From: an uncultured Spirochaetota bacterium | GTDB lineage: Bacteria; Spirochaetota; Spirochaetia; SZUA-6; Fen-1364 | Assembly (NCBI GenBank): GCA_963781885.1 | Contig: CAWAHW010000002.1 | Coordinates: 160,001-224,000, forward strand | Direction: 5' to 3' | Length of the DNA stretch: 64,000 nucleotides | Shown here: one piece after another, positions 28,076 to 38,897 of the stretch | Layout: every line of letters starts with the position of its first letter | How positions within the stretch are numbered: the stretch's first letter is position 1 | The notes under the pieces: model-generated | The model's database searches: none | Seen by the model: only the letters and a program-made list of their open reading frames with translations | Told to the model about the DNA's origin: nothing | Program-made: the position numbers and the translations under genes

Positions 28076-28581
28076 ACGCGGAGATCCTTCGCCTCGCGCT
28101 CGATCGCTACCGGCTGGACATTCACGGCATCCACGGCATCGCGCACTGGGCGCGCGTCCTGGAGAACGGCCGCAGGCTCGCCGTGGTGACCGGCGCGGAC
28201 GGCGCCGTGCTCGAGCTCTTTGCCCTCTTTCACGACTCCTGCCGCAACGGCGACGGCCAGGACCCGGACCATGGCCCGCGCGCCGCGGCGCTGGTGGCGA
28301 GTCTGCGGGACAGCATCGCACTCGATCCTGCGCGGCTTTCCCACCTTGTCGAAGCCTGCCGGTGCCACACCTTCGGTGCCGTCGAATCGGCGCACGTCAC
28401 GGTGCTCACCTGCCTCGACTCCGACCGGCTGGACATTCCCCGTGTCGGCAAGCAGATCAAGCCCTGGCTCTTGTCAACCGATGCGGCGCGCGCGCCTGAC
28501 GTCATTGCATGGGCGACGGAGCGCGCCGAGCGCCTCGCGACCCCCGTACTGCTCGCAGAGGAGTGGGGGTGGCAGGGGTAA
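28072..28581 (+). CDS. HD-domain protein
   Basis: Frame upstream of the listed GTG reads IHGIAHWARV; then FALFHDSCR..DG.DPDHGPRAA, H, CLDSDRLD; start probably CTG 28072. Confidence 0.8.
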   Translation: MNAEILRLALDRYRLDIHGIHGIAHWARVLENGRRLAVVTGADGAVLELFALFHDSCRNGDGQDPDHGPRAAALVASLRDSIALDPARLSHLVEACRCHTFGAVESAHVTVLTCLDSDRLDIPRVGKQIKPWLLSTDAARAPDVIAWATERAERLATPVLLAEEWGWQG

Positions 28582-28655
28582 CCGTTCCTGCTCGCGCGCT
28601 GCCGCGCACAAAGCGCTGTGCCGGGGCGAAGGTTCATGACTTCTGATAAGGCCGA

Positions 28656-29911
28656 CTAACGTACGAGCACCTCCTTGAACCAGGGATAGATGACGTCGGC
28701 GGCAAATTGGATGTTGTTCATTGTGCAGTGTTGGTCGGCACCGTTTTCCGTCTTGAAGACGACATGTTTCTTTTCGCACTGGAGCGCATCATAGAATGCT
28801 TCCGCGGCGCGGCTCGCCTTCTCGCCTTCTCCCTCGGATTGGAGCGACAGGAATGGCGCCGTGATATGTCCGGCCAAGGGCATGATATCCCAGTCGCACT
28901 GGATCTTCTTCATGAATTCACCAAAGCTACGGGTATTGTTGGTCCAGTCCATCAGCGAAAAAACAAAGCGCGCATCATCCCGCTTTTTGGCGACCGGAGC
29001 GACAAGTTTATTCCAAGCATCTACCGAAAGGGTTTCCAACCGTGAGGCGATGAAACCACTGAATACGCCGGGCACCTGTTCCAGGGCTTCATCCAGCCAG
29101 TGTTTGAAATAGTTTGGCAATATCGCATTGACAGCCGCCGCCTTGATGCGCTTGTCGAAAGCCGCCGCCCTCGGCACCATGAAGCCGCCCAAACTCACCC
29201 CATAGACCCCAAGACAGGCCATGTCCACGTCCGGTCGGGTCTGACAGTAGTCCAGAACCGGGCCCAGCACATGTTCCCAGTCGTGGCGAAAGCACAACGT
29301 GGGATCCTGGTGCAATGCCCCGCGTTGTCCCGGTCCATGAAACACCATCACATTGAATCCGTATTCAAGCGCCTGTGGGCCCCCCCGATGAAGAACATCT
29401 CCTCTCCGGCGCCATCGCCGCCCCCATTGAGCACGATCGTAGCTCGCGGCTCGCTGTCATGCCCGCTGGTTTTGAAGAAATACCCCGGAAGTGTGGTCGA
29501 TTCATACGGAATGGCGATTTTTTCGCCATGGTAAGGACCATGTTCAAGCGCTTTGTCGAAGCAACGGATTGAATCGTGGTAGAGCCCTGCCTGCTCCTGG
29601 CTGCCCTGCGGCATGACGGCGAACTCGGCGGCTCGGAAATAATTCCAGGCCCGCAGATACGCGCGGCTGGCGGCAACCAGGTTGCCTTCTTTTTCAAAAC
29701 CGGACGCCAATTCTTCCGTCCGTATGGCCGTTTCCTTCCAGCCCGCCACCCATGCATCGAAGGTCTCACCGCGCGTCTTTATCAGGTTGGCCGCGTAATA
29801 GCACTCACCAACGCTGGCGGCTGAATACGGGGTATACCCCATCGCTCGGGTGAACCCAGCATCGAACACCTCTGACTTGAATACATTGAGGCGCAACATC
29901 ATCTGTTTCAT
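28656..29911 (-). CDS. Alpha/beta hydrolase (FrsA / dihydroxypseudooxynicotine-hydrolase-like), frameshift near 29385
   Basis: AYLRAWNYFRAAEF, IPYE..LPGYF, GGGDG..EE, GPGQ, GVSLGG, GADQHC; break in a G homopolymer. Confidence 0.83.
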
Positions 29912-30032
29912 GGATTCCTCCTTGACGAGTCGTTGCTCTAGCGACTGTGTGTTGATTACACTGTAGCAAGACTGGCGGTGCCATTCAGCGACGAAGATGA
30001 TTGATGGGTCGCATAAGCAACAGGTGTCGAAC

Positions 30033-30686
30033 ATGTCCAAAGACAAGACGTCGCACGCTCGTATGACCAATAGCCGCAAGCTCGATCCGCGTATCGAACG
30101 CACCCAGGAAGCGCTCCGTGGTGCGCTCATGGCATTGATTGAGGAGAAAGGTTTTGACGCGATTTCGGTTCAGGATATCACCGAGCGTGCACGGCTTAAC
30201 CGTGCCACGTTTTACCTTCACTATGATGACAAGCAAGACCTGCTTGTTCGTGCGAGTGAAGCGGCCTTTGATCGTTTGATAGCGGAAGCCGGACCGATTG
30301 ATCGGGAGAACCTTGCTTTCCAGAAGCCACCACGGCAGGTTGTGCTTCTCTTTGAGCACATGGCAAAACACCGAAGGTTTTACCGATCGGTCCTCGGCAG
30401 ACCGGGAGAGCCGGCATTTGCTGCACGGGTGCACGAATACATCGCCACGTTTACGCAAAGGCGGACTGCCAGTTTGCACACCATCTACCCCGCGGCCGTT
30501 CCTATTCTGGATGATATCTTCATCAGCGAATATGTGACGGGGGCGCTGCTTGGCATAATAACCTGGTGGTTGGAAAACGACTTGCCGCGTTCACCAGAGT
30601 ACATGGCCGACCGATTTGGCTGGCTTAGCGCTGCCGGTACGTACCGGATGATGGGTATTGAGCCGCCAAGCCTTGACGCTGAATAG
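30033..30686 (+). CDS. TetR/AcrR family regulator, divergent from the hydrolase
   Basis: DPRIERT...LIEEKGFDAISVQDITERARLNRATFYLHYDDK; start may be 30063. Confidence 0.92.
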   Translation: MSKDKTSHARMTNSRKLDPRIERTQEALRGALMALIEEKGFDAISVQDITERARLNRATFYLHYDDKQDLLVRASEAAFDRLIAEAGPIDRENLAFQKPPRQVVLLFEHMAKHRRFYRSVLGRPGEPAFAARVHEYIATFTQRRTASLHTIYPAAVPILDDIFISEYVTGALLGIITWWLENDLPRSPEYMADRFGWLSAAGTYRMMGIEPPSLDAE

Positions 30687-30824
30687 CACCTCGACGCGGC
30701 ATGCCGGTCGTTACCGTTGGGATTTCCATGCATGGAGATTTTCCCGGTTCGATGTTTCTCCGCTTGAGCGTCATAAATGAGGCGAATTTGCGAGGCCCGC
30801 GCTCTACACTTATACTGGGTGTGT

Positions 30825-31597
30825 ATGCCAACGTTGCGCAGATCGATCCTTCTTCCCCTCCTGGCCGTCATCTCCCTCGGATTTGCAGGCTGCGCGACAT
30901 TTTTCGGCCCACCGGGCAGCTTCGGCCGCGAGCCGTATCGATCTGCGGATGAGCTTCGCGCGCCGCTTTCCATGGAAGAGAAGGCCGTGCTCGCTTCCGC
31001 AAAGAGCCTGCTCGGCAGGGCCCCCGACTCCAGGGTCCGGGTGAACGGCAGGACATTCACGCTGGACTGCATCGGCACGGTGGCCGCCATATTCTGGGGG
31101 CCGGCTATGACATCATGAAGGATGCCGGCCGCTACGGCGGCGGCGGTGTGCGGAGCTTCTACGCCGAGCTTCAGGCAATGAGCGCCCTGCACCACGATCT
31201 GTACCCGCGGCCCGGCGACGTCGTGTTCTGGGACAACACCTACGACGCGAACGGGGATGGGGACCTCACGGACGACCCGCTCACGCACGTGGGCCTGGTG
31301 GTCGCGGTCGACGCCGACGGCACGATCCACTACGAGCACGAGCACCTCCGCAAGGGCGTGATCGTGGAAGTCATGAACCTCCTGCATCCCGATGAGTACG
31401 CCACCCCGGACGGCAAGATCGTCAATTCCGCGATGGCAGAGGCCCGCAAGATCAGGCCCGTGCATTGGGTCTCCGGGGACCTCTGGAACTCATTCGGAGA
31501 CGTGATCGGCAATGGGCGCCGCTTCGCCATTGCGGACGTTCGTCGGGATCCGCTCGCGGCCGTCCTGCTCGCCGTCGGGGCTCCCGCGTCCCCGTGA
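30825..31597 (+). CDS. Lipoprotein with NlpC/P60 (CHAP-like) domain, frameshift near 31100
   Basis: Signal peptide with FAGC lipobox; LDCIG catalytic Cys, PRPGDVVFWDNTYD, LTHVGLV. Confidence 0.8.
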
Positions 31598-31663
31598 CCG
31601 CGCCGTCAGCGGCGCCGGTGCTGCAATCTTGCCCCATTCCCGCCGCGGGAGTACCTTGGATCG

Positions 31664-33133
31664 ATGGAGAGGAAATTTCATGTCGCAGCGTCCGGGCGCA
31701 AGCTCGTCACGCTGATTCCCGGTGACGGCGTCGGCCCCGAGGTGATGACGGCGGCACAGAAAGTGATCGAGGCTGCCGGCGCGAAGGTGGAGTGGGAACG
31801 ACGCGAGGCAGGGGCAGGCGTCTTCAAGCAGGGCATCGCCTCCGGGGTGCCGGGCGACACCATCGAATCGATACGCAAGACGCGCGTCGTGCTGAAGGGT
31901 CCCCTGGAGACGCCCATCGGCTTCGGAGAGAAAAGCGCCAACGTCACCCTGCGGAAGCTGTTTGAAACCTACGCGAACATCCGGCCCGTGCGTGAGATGC
32001 CGGGCGTGCGCACACCGTACTCGGGCCGGGGAATCGACCTTGTCATCGTGCGGGAGAACGTGGAGGACCTCTACGCCGGCATCGAGCACATGGAGACCCC
32101 CGGCGTGGCCCAGTGCCTGAAGCTGATCTCGCGCAAGGGCTGCGAGAAGATCGTGCGCCTCGCTTTCGAGTTCGCCATCTCGGAGGGCCGAAAGCGCGTC
32201 CACTGCGCCACCAAGGCGAACATCATGAAGCTCACCGAGGGCACGCTGAAGCGCACATTTGAATCGGTGGCAAAGGAGTACCCGCAGATCGAGGCGCAGC
32301 ATATCATCGTGGACAACTGCGCCCACCAGCTCGTGAAGAAACCCGAGCAGTTCGACGTCATCGTCACGACGAACATGAATGGCGACATCATCAGCGATCT
32401 CACCTCCGCCCTCATCGGCGGCCTGGGATTCGCGCCGTCGGCGAACATCGGCAGTGAGGTGGCCATCTTCGAGGCGGTGCATGGCTCGGCGCCCAAGTAC
32501 GCCGGCAAGAACGTCATCAACCCCACGGCGGTCATCCTGTCGGCGGCGCTCATGCTGCGCCACATCGACGAGATGGAGGCCGCGGTCGCCGTTGAGAACG
32601 CGGTGCTTGCCACGCTGGAGGCGGGCGTGCTGACCCGGGACGTCGTCGGCGACACCGGCGCCGCCTCCACAACGGCCTTTACCGACGCCATCATCGGCAA
32701 CATCGGCAACAGGCCGAAAAGCTACGCCGTGCGCCCGTACAAGCCGCTGAAGCTGCCCACCGTGTCCGCTGACCTGGATTTCGTGAAGGTGCGCACGCGT
32801 CGGGTCGTCGGCATGGACCTGTTCCTGGAATCGGCCCTGCCCGTGGAAGAGCTAGGCAGAGGCGTCACCGCGCTGCTCGCGGGAAGCCCGGTGGAGCTGA
32901 AGATGATTTCCAGCCGCGGCACGAAGGTCTACCCGCCCACGGGCGCCATGACGGACGCGGTGGACCTTTCCTGCTGCCGCATCGTCCTCCGCGACGCAAA
33001 GGGCGACCTCACCGACGCGCAGATCGCCGACGTGATGGCGAGGATCGGCGCGAAGCATCGCTGGATGCACGTGGAGAAGCTCAGCGAGTTCGACGGCGTG
33101 GCCGGCTACACGCGGGCGCAGGGAGAGGACTGA
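31664..33133 (+). CDS. icd: NADP-dependent isocitrate dehydrogenase with C-terminal extension domain
   Basis: IPGDGVGPE, KGPLETP, SANVTLRK, RENVEDLY, TKANIMK, NMNGDIISD, EAVHGSAP, ISSRGTKVYP, YTRAQGE. Confidence 0.93.
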   Translation: MERKFHVAASGRKLVTLIPGDGVGPEVMTAAQKVIEAAGAKVEWERREAGAGVFKQGIASGVPGDTIESIRKTRVVLKGPLETPIGFGEKSANVTLRKLFETYANIRPVREMPGVRTPYSGRGIDLVIVRENVEDLYAGIEHMETPGVAQCLKLISRKGCEKIVRLAFEFAISEGRKRVHCATKANIMKLTEGTLKRTFESVAKEYPQIEAQHIIVDNCAHQLVKKPEQFDVIVTTNMNGDIISDLTSALIGGLGFAPSANIGSEVAIFEAVHGSAPKYAGKNVINPTAVILSAALMLRHIDEMEAAVAVENAVLATLEAGVLTRDVVGDTGAASTTAFTDAIIGNIGNRPKSYAVRPYKPLKLPTVSADLDFVKVRTRRVVGMDLFLESALPVEELGRGVTALLAGSPVELKMISSRGTKVYPPTGAMTDAVDLSCCRIVLRDAKGDLTDAQIADVMARIGAKHRWMHVEKLSEFDGVAGYTRAQGED

Positions 33134-33139
33134 ACCGCG

Positions 33140-33310
33140 TCAGTCGGACGCTGCGGGCCGGCCGGGAAGCCGGCCCTTGTCCACGAGGGACTTGCGCAGC
33201 AGGAATTCGATCTGGCCGTTCATGCTCCGAAGCTCTTCCCCGGCCCAGGCGGCCAGCGCGTCGTAGACCTCGGGTGAGATGCGCAGCAGGAACGATTTCT
33301 TGTCCGCCAC
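33140..33310 (-). CDS. Arc/ribbon-helix-helix DNA-binding protein (56 aa; absent from ORF track)
   Basis: Manual translation MADKKSFLLRISPEVYDALAAWAGEELRSMNGQIEFLLRKSL...; GTG after GGAGG, directly downstream of SPFH gene. Confidence 0.82.
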   Translation of the reverse strand: MADKKSFLLRISPEVYDALAAWAGEELRSMNGQIEFLLRKSLVDKGRLPGRPAASD

Positions 33311-33323
33311 CGCGGCCTCCCGT

Positions 33324-34193
33324 CTACTGGTAGAGCGTTCCCGTGTTCACCACCGGCTGCGTATTCTGCTCGCTGCAGAGCACGACGAGAAGGTTGCTCA
33401 CCATGGTGGCCTTGCGCTCCTCGTCCAGCGCGACCACCTTCTTGGCGGCGAGCATCTCCAGGGCGCTTTCCACCATGCTGACGGCCCCTTCCACGATGGT
33501 GTGGCGCGCTGCGACCACCGCGGATGCCTGCTGACGCCGCAGCATCGCCATCGCGATCTCCGGCGCGTAGGCCAGGTGACTCACCCGGGTCTCCACCACC
33601 TCGACGCCGGCCTTGAGCAGCCGGTCCTGTATCTCCGTCCTGAGCTGCGCCGAAACCTCGGCGGTATGGCTGGAAAGGGCGATCTCCTCTTTCTCATGCG
33701 CGTCGTAGGGATATCCGGTGGCCAGATTGCGCAGGGCCGCCTCGCTCTGGACGTGGACGTAATTCTCATAGTCGTCCACCTGGAAGGCCGCTTCCGCGGT
33801 ATCCACGACCCGCCAGACGACGACGGCGGCGATCTCGACCGGGTTGCCCCGCTTGTCGTTGACCTTCAGCTTCGCCGTCTCGAAGTTGCGCACGCGCAGG
33901 CTGATGGGGCGCTTCGTGAACAAAGGGTTTGCCCAGCGCAGGCCCGGTTCCCGCGCCGTGCCCTTGTAGGCGCCGAAGAGCTGGAGGACACGGCCCTGGT
34001 TGGGGCTGACGGTGAAGAGGCCCGCCATCAGGAAAATGTCGATGACGAGCACGATCGGCGACGCGATCTTCAGCGTGAGGCCGTCGACCCGCTCCGCCAT
34101 GATGAGCCCGACGATCGCCGCCGCAAGGATCACGATCAACAGCAAAAGCATCGTGATGCCCGGCGCCGCATTCCGCTTGATTTCCTTGATCAT
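33324..34193 (-). CDS. SPFH/band-7 domain membrane protein
   Basis: Two N-terminal TM helices, [60 protein letters not shown]. Confidence 0.93.
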   Translation of the reverse strand: MIKEIKRNAAPGITMLLLLIVILAAAIVGLIMAERVDGLTLKIASPIVLVIDIFLMAGLFTVSPNQGRVLQLFGAYKGTAREPGLRWANPLFTKRPISLRVRNFETAKLKVNDKRGNPVEIAAVVVWRVVDTAEAAFQVDDYENYVHVQSEAALRNLATGYPYDAHEKEEIALSSHTAEVSAQLRTEIQDRLLKAGVEVVETRVSHLAYAPEIAMAMLRRQQASAVVAARHTIVEGAVSMVESALEMLAAKKVVALDEERKATMVSNLLVVLCSEQNTQPVVNTGTLYQ

Positions 34194-34211
34194 CTCATTT
34201 CTCCTTGCTAT

Positions 34212-34235
34212 TGATATGATATCACTTTGATTTCA
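34212..34235. promoter_or_regulatory. Tandem TGATATCA-like boxes upstream of SPFH-Arc operon
   Basis: TGATATGA, TGATATCA (34217-34224), TGATTTCA (34228-34235); TTGACA on the minus strand just upstream. Confidence 0.55.
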
Positions 34236-34287
34236 ACCTGTCAACAGATATCTGGAAGCACTTTGGCTGACCGGTTACTATGCGGCG

Positions 34288-35643
34288 GTGAGCGCGATAG
34301 TTCTCAAGGACTGCTTCTACATCCAGCCGTCGGCCGATGCGCAGGGAATACGCGGCGCCGATGTCCTGATCCAGGACTCCTCGATTGCCGCGATGGCCCG
34401 CGGTCTCACCGTTCCGCCCGGCGCGCGCGTCATCGATTGCGCGCATCATGTTGTGGTGCCCGGATTCGTGAACACGCACCACCACTTCTTCCAGACACTC
34501 ACGCGCAACCTGCCCGCGGTGCAGAACGCGAAGCTCTTCGACTGGCTGGTCTACCTCTATGAGATCTGGAAGAGGATCGATGGGGAGGCCATCCATACCT
34601 CGTCGCTCCTTGCGATGGGCGAGCTCCTGAAGACCGGCTGCACCTGCTCCACAGATCACCTCTATCTGTATCCGCGGGGCGCGCGCGCCGATTTCGCCGC
34701 GCTGCAGTTCCAGGCCGCCGGGGAGCTGGGCATGCGTTTCGCGCCATCCCGGGGCTCGATGTCTCTCAGCAGGAAGGACGGCGGCCTGCCGCCCGACACG
34801 GTGGTGCAGGACGAGGAGACGATACTTGCCGACAGCGAGCGCGTGATCAAGGCATTCCACGATCCGTCCCCGCGCGCGATGAGGAAGGTCGTGCTCGCGC
34901 CGTGCAGCCCTTTTTCCGTGAGCGAAGACCTCATGCGGCGCACCGCGCGTCTTGCGCGCCAGCACGGGGTGCGGCTGCACACGCATTTGGCGGAAACGGC
35001 GGACGAGGATGCGTACTGCCTTTCCCGCTACGGCGTGCGGCCGGTGGAGCTCATGGAGCGCTCTGAGTTCATCGGCCCCGACGTCTTCTACGCGCACGGC
35101 ATATTCTTCAACGACGCGGAGCTGGACGTGCTGCGGGAGCGCGGCGCGCACATCGCCCACTGCCCGTCGTCCAACATGCGGCTGGGGTCCGGTGTCTGCC
35201 GGGTGCGCGACATGCTGGACCGGGGCATCAATGTCTCACTGGCGGTGGACGGGTCGGCATCCAACGATTCATCCGACTTCCTTGGCGAGATGCGCCACGC
35301 GCTCCTCCTGCAGCGCGTCGTGAAGGGAAGCGGCGCGCTGAACGCACGGGAGGTCCTTTCCATGGCCACCACCGCCGGTGCCGACGCCCTGGGCTTCGGC
35401 GGAATCGGAAAGGTAGAGCCGGGACAGGCAGCGGACCTCGCGGTGTTCGACATCGGCAGGCTTGAATACTGCGGAAGCCTTTCGGATCCGTTTGCCGCTC
35501 TTATTTTCTCGGGTTACAACCATGGTACGGCCTATACCATCTGCAACGGGAAAGTGGTCGTCGACAACGGAAGGCTCACGGGCATCGACGAGGAGAAGCT
35601 CATCAAGGATGCGAACCGCATCGCGGCGCGGCTCGTCGAATAG
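34288..35643 (+). CDS. Metal-dependent amidohydrolase, 8-oxoguanine deaminase/AtzB-like
   Basis: NTHHHFFQTLTR, DHLYLYP, RGSMSL..KDGGLPP, APCSPFSVS, HTHLAE, HCPSSNMRLGSG, VDGSASND. Confidence 0.9.
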   Translation: MSAIVLKDCFYIQPSADAQGIRGADVLIQDSSIAAMARGLTVPPGARVIDCAHHVVVPGFVNTHHHFFQTLTRNLPAVQNAKLFDWLVYLYEIWKRIDGEAIHTSSLLAMGELLKTGCTCSTDHLYLYPRGARADFAALQFQAAGELGMRFAPSRGSMSLSRKDGGLPPDTVVQDEETILADSERVIKAFHDPSPRAMRKVVLAPCSPFSVSEDLMRRTARLARQHGVRLHTHLAETADEDAYCLSRYGVRPVELMERSEFIGPDVFYAHGIFFNDAELDVLRERGAHIAHCPSSNMRLGSGVCRVRDMLDRGINVSLAVDGSASNDSSDFLGEMRHALLLQRVVKGSGALNAREVLSMATTAGADALGFGGIGKVEPGQAADLAVFDIGRLEYCGSLSDPFAALIFSGYNHGTAYTICNGKVVVDNGRLTGIDEEKLIKDANRIAARLVE

Positions 35644-35667
35644 GACGGCGCGCGTTATCTTCGCTTC

Positions 35668-36144
35668 ATGAGCAGCGACAGACACGAATACAGCGCCCGG
35701 CTCACGTGGGAAGGGAATCTCGGCAAGGGCACCGCGACGTATGCCGGCTATGGCCGCAACTACCGGATCTCGATGCCGGGGAAGGCAGACCTGATGGGAA
35801 GCGCGGACCCGACATTCCGCGGCGCGCCGGACAGGCACAGCCCGGAGGACCTCCTGGTCGCCTCCCTCAGCGCGTGCCACATGCTGAGCTATCTCGCCGT
35901 CTGCGCGTTGAAGGGTGTCAGCGTCGTGGCATACACCGATGACGCCGAAGGCGTCATGACAACGTCGCACGGCGGCGCGACGGGCAGGTTCGAATCAGTG
36001 ACGCTTCATCCCCACGTGGCGATCAGCGGGGCGGACAAGGAGGCGCTCGCCACGGAGCTGCACAAGGAGGCGCACGAGGGCTGCTTCATCGCCAACTCGT
36101 GCAACTTCCCCGTCACCGTGGAGCCTGTCCTGACGAGCGGGTAG
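35668..36144 (+). CDS. OsmC/Ohr family protein
   Basis: GSADPTFRG, PEDLLVASLSACHMLSYL, AHEGCFIANS. Confidence 0.92.
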   Translation: MSSDRHEYSARLTWEGNLGKGTATYAGYGRNYRISMPGKADLMGSADPTFRGAPDRHSPEDLLVASLSACHMLSYLAVCALKGVSVVAYTDDAEGVMTTSHGGATGRFESVTLHPHVAISGADKEALATELHKEAHEGCFIANSCNFPVTVEPVLTSG

Positions 36145-36270
36145 TGGGCCGCTTGGGCGCGGACGCCCCGCGCGCGGTGGCGCGGCGCATATATCGCGAG
36201 GAGTCAGAAATTGACTACATCTGTCAATGCGGGCGGTCGACTGCGCGGGGACGCCCCCCCGCGCGCGAAA

Positions 36271-36549
36271 CTATTCCTTGCGGCCGGTCAGCTTGATGAG
36301 GTGAAAGCCGAACTGGGTGGACACTACGTCGCTCAGAGAACCGTTTGAAAGCTTCTTGCAGGCTTCCTCGAAGGGCGCCACCATTTTCCCGGGACCGAAC
36401 CAGCCCAGATCCCCGCCGCGCGACTTCGACGGGCAGGTCGAATGCTCCCGGGCCATCGCCTCGAAGTTCGCACCCAGCTTGATCTTCTTCAGAAGCTCAT
36501 TCGCCAGACCCTTGTCCTTGACCAGTATGTGGCTCGCGCGCCATTCCAT
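36271..36549 (-). CDS. ppiC: Parvulin-type peptidyl-prolyl isomerase
   Basis: ASHILVK, AREHSTCPS..GGDLGWF, MVAPFE, TQFGFHLI. Confidence 0.93.
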   Translation of the reverse strand: MEWRASHILVKDKGLANELLKKIKLGANFEAMAREHSTCPSKSRGGDLGWFGPGKMVAPFEEACKKLSNGSLSDVVSTQFGFHLIKLTGRKE

Positions 36550-36611
36550 GTGGATTCCTCCGTGTACGGTATCAGGGAATGATACAGGATTTCACCGCCG
36601 GCGGAAAGGGC

Positions 36612-37091
36612 TCAGTCGCGCGCGGGCTTCATGAGCAGCATGACCTGCCCCGGATCGCGGAACCCGAGCTTCCGATAGGCGTCCCGCGCCCGCCTGTCCT
36701 TCGCATCCACGGTAACTTGGATCGCCCGGACCTCGGCCGGCGCCACCTTCGCGATGAGCTGGAGGAAGTCCGCCGCAAGGTCGGGGTCGGAAAGGGGGTC
36801 GACGTACAGCTCGTCGACCGAAAGCACGATGCCGCCCAGCCGATTGCTCCACGTCGTGACGAGAATGCAGTAGCCGACCAGCGCCTGCTCGCGCTCGAAG
36901 ACGAAAAGCGTCCCCCGGTCCTTGTTGCGCTGCAGCTCGCGGAACGTGGCGAGTATGCGCTCCTGCGGCGTGGGAAGCGACTGGGGGCCTTTTGCATGGC
37001 ATCGGGTCACCAGGGCGAGAAATGCGGCGATGTCGGTCTGCTGCAGCATGCGGTAGGTCGCCCGGGTGCTCACGAGTGTGTAGTCGAGCAT
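36612..37091 (-). CDS. GNAT family acetyltransferase-like protein
   Basis: LVGYCIL, VDELYVDP, ARDAYRKLGF; lacks the usual RxxGxG loop. Confidence 0.7.
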   Translation of the reverse strand: MLDYTLVSTRATYRMLQQTDIAAFLALVTRCHAKGPQSLPTPQERILATFRELQRNKDRGTLFVFEREQALVGYCILVTTWSNRLGGIVLSVDELYVDPLSDPDLAADFLQLIAKVAPAEVRAIQVTVDAKDRRARDAYRKLGFRDPGQVMLLMKPARD

Positions 37092-37176
37092 GGCTCCTTC
37101 TACCCGCTGCCGCGGGGATTGTCAAACCGGAAGAGTCCTGTCATACAAGGCCACAGGGCCCCTCCGCGTTCGTCGC

Positions 37177-38754
37177 TCAGCTGCCTGCCGAGATTCCCTT
37201 CCGTCTGTCGGCCGACTTTCGAAGCGGCACCTCCTTCAAGAGAAAGACGGTTGCCAGGGCGACGAGGCAGATGACCAGGCAGATGATGAAGACGTGATGG
37301 ATGGCTTGGGAAAGCGCGCGGCGGGCGGCATCGAGCGCCCGCTGAAAGGTGGGCAGGAGATTGCCCGGCACGCGCCCTTCGCCGCCGTGAGCGCGGCAGG
37401 GTTTGAAAGGGCCTCGGGACTTTTCAAGGTCGCCGCCAGGGACGGGGGCAGGTCGCCAGTATCGAGATTCTGCAGCCTCGCAACGAGGAAGCTCCCGAAC
37501 AGCGTTCCCATCACCGATGAGGCGATCGTCTGCCCCATTCTCCCGAAGAACTGAATGGTCGACGTGACGACCCCTATCTGGCCTTCGCGGGACGTGTTCT
37601 GTGCCGTCACGTTGAAGATCGCCATTCCCGCGCCGATGCCTAGGCCCATGAGCACCATCGCGACCGCGACCGCGGCCGTTCCCGTGCGCGGGCCCAGGAG
37701 TGAAAGAATGAATACTCCCGCGGCCAGGAAGATGAAGCCGCCAATCGCGAGCAACTTGTACCGGCCGGTCCTTGATACGATGAAGCCGCTGATCGTCACC
37801 CCGGCGATCAGGGTGACCGTCATGGGCGTGATGATGGCCCCGGATCCGCTCGCGCTCGCGCCTTTGACGCCCTGCATGAAAAGCGGGATGAAGATGATGG
37901 CGGCAATGAGGACGCCGTTGAAGAGGAACATCTCCAGCGCGGAGAAGCTGAAGACCGAATCCCTGAACAGCGAAAGAGGGATGAGGGGACTGCGCACCCT
38001 TGTTTCCACGATCCCGAAGACGACGAGCATCACGGCGGCAAGGCCGAGCATTGCCACGACGGGCGCCGAGCTCCACGCGTATGTCGCTCCTCCCCACGAC
38101 AACGCCAGAAACAGCGGCACCAGGGCGGCGATCAGCGCGCCCGTTCCCGCGACGTCCAGCCTTTCGCGCTTTCGCTGGGCTCCATGGGAAGGAAAGGCCG
38201 TCGCAATGACCGCCAGGGTCGCCAAACCGACTGGCAGATTGATGAAGAAGACCAGGCGCCAGCTCGCATGATCGGCGATCAGCCCGCCTATCATCGGTCC
38301 GATGAGGCTGGCGAACCCCGATGCCGCTGAGACGATGCTCCCGTACTTGGCTCTTTCCGCCGGGGCGTAGAGAAGGCCGATGATAACCAGCGCGTTGGAC
38401 ATGAGCACGGCACCTCCCACGCCCTGCAGCCCCCGGAATAGTATGAGCTGCGTCATGCTCGTTGCGCACCCGCACAGCGTGGAGCCGACCAGGAAGACCC
38501 CGATGCCGGCCAGGTAGACGGGTTTGAACCCGAACATGTCCGACAGCCTGCCGACGAGCGGCATTGCCACCGTCATGCAGAGCAGGTACGCGGTAATCGG
38601 CCACGTGTAAAGATCGAAACCCTTGAGACTGGAGACGATCCTCGGCATTGCGGTGCCCACGATATTCAGGTCGAGCGAGGCAAGCAGGATTCCCGCGGTC
38701 ACCCCGGCCAGGAGAAGGATTTTCCTTTTGGGCGACAGAATCTTCTAGCGACAT
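37177..38754 (-). CDS. DHA2/MDR family MFS efflux transporter, frameshifts near 38735 and 37370
   Basis: [49 protein letters not shown]; C-terminus LLKEVPLR and ATG with GGAGG RBS lie in the neighbouring frame. Confidence 0.9.
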   Translation of the reverse strand: MSLEDSVAQKENPSPGRGDRGNPACLARPEYRGHRNAEDRLQSQGFRSLHVADYRVPALHDGGNAARRQAVGHVRVQTRLPGRHRGLPGRLHAVRVRNEHDAAHTIPGAAGRGRCRAHVQRAGYHRPSLRPGGKSQVREHRLSGIGVRQPHRTDDRRADRRSCELAPGLLHQSASRFGDPGGHCDGLSFPWSPAKARKAGRRGNGRADRRPGAAVSGVVVGRSDIRVELGARRGNARPCRRDARRLRDRGNKGAQSPHPSFAVQGFGLQLLRAGDVPLQRRPHCRHHLHPAFHAGRQRRERERIRGHHHAHDGHPDRRGDDQRLHRIKDRPVQVARDWRLHLPGRGSIHSFTPGPAHGNGRGRGRDGAHGPRHRRGNGDLQRDGTEHVPRRPDRGRHVDHSVLRENGADDRLIGDGNAVRELPRCEAAESRYWRPAPVPGGDLEKSRGPFKPCRAHGGEGRVPGNLLPTFQRALDAARRALSQAIHHVFIICLVICLVALATVFLLKEVPLRKSADRRKGISAGS

Positions 38755-38785
38755 ATGACCTCCTAAAGATGTGTTTGAACTACCT

Positions 38786-38880
38786 AAACCGACCATCCGG
38801 TATATCTATTGCCAGCATCAGCTCACCATTTTTTTCCACCTCCTCCATTACTCGCAGGTTCTAAACCGACCGTCCGGTAT
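38786..38880. promoter_or_regulatory. Two copies of putative TetR operator upstream of MFS gene
   Basis: AAACCGACCATCCGGTAT (38786-38803) and AAACCGACCGTCCGGTAT (38863-38880). Confidence 0.75.
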
Positions 38881-38897
38881 ATCAAATATCATAAAAA

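Noticed and set aside
28640-30820. Mobile element
   Set aside because: Composition is atypical, but no transposase, integrase, inverted repeats or target duplication were found.
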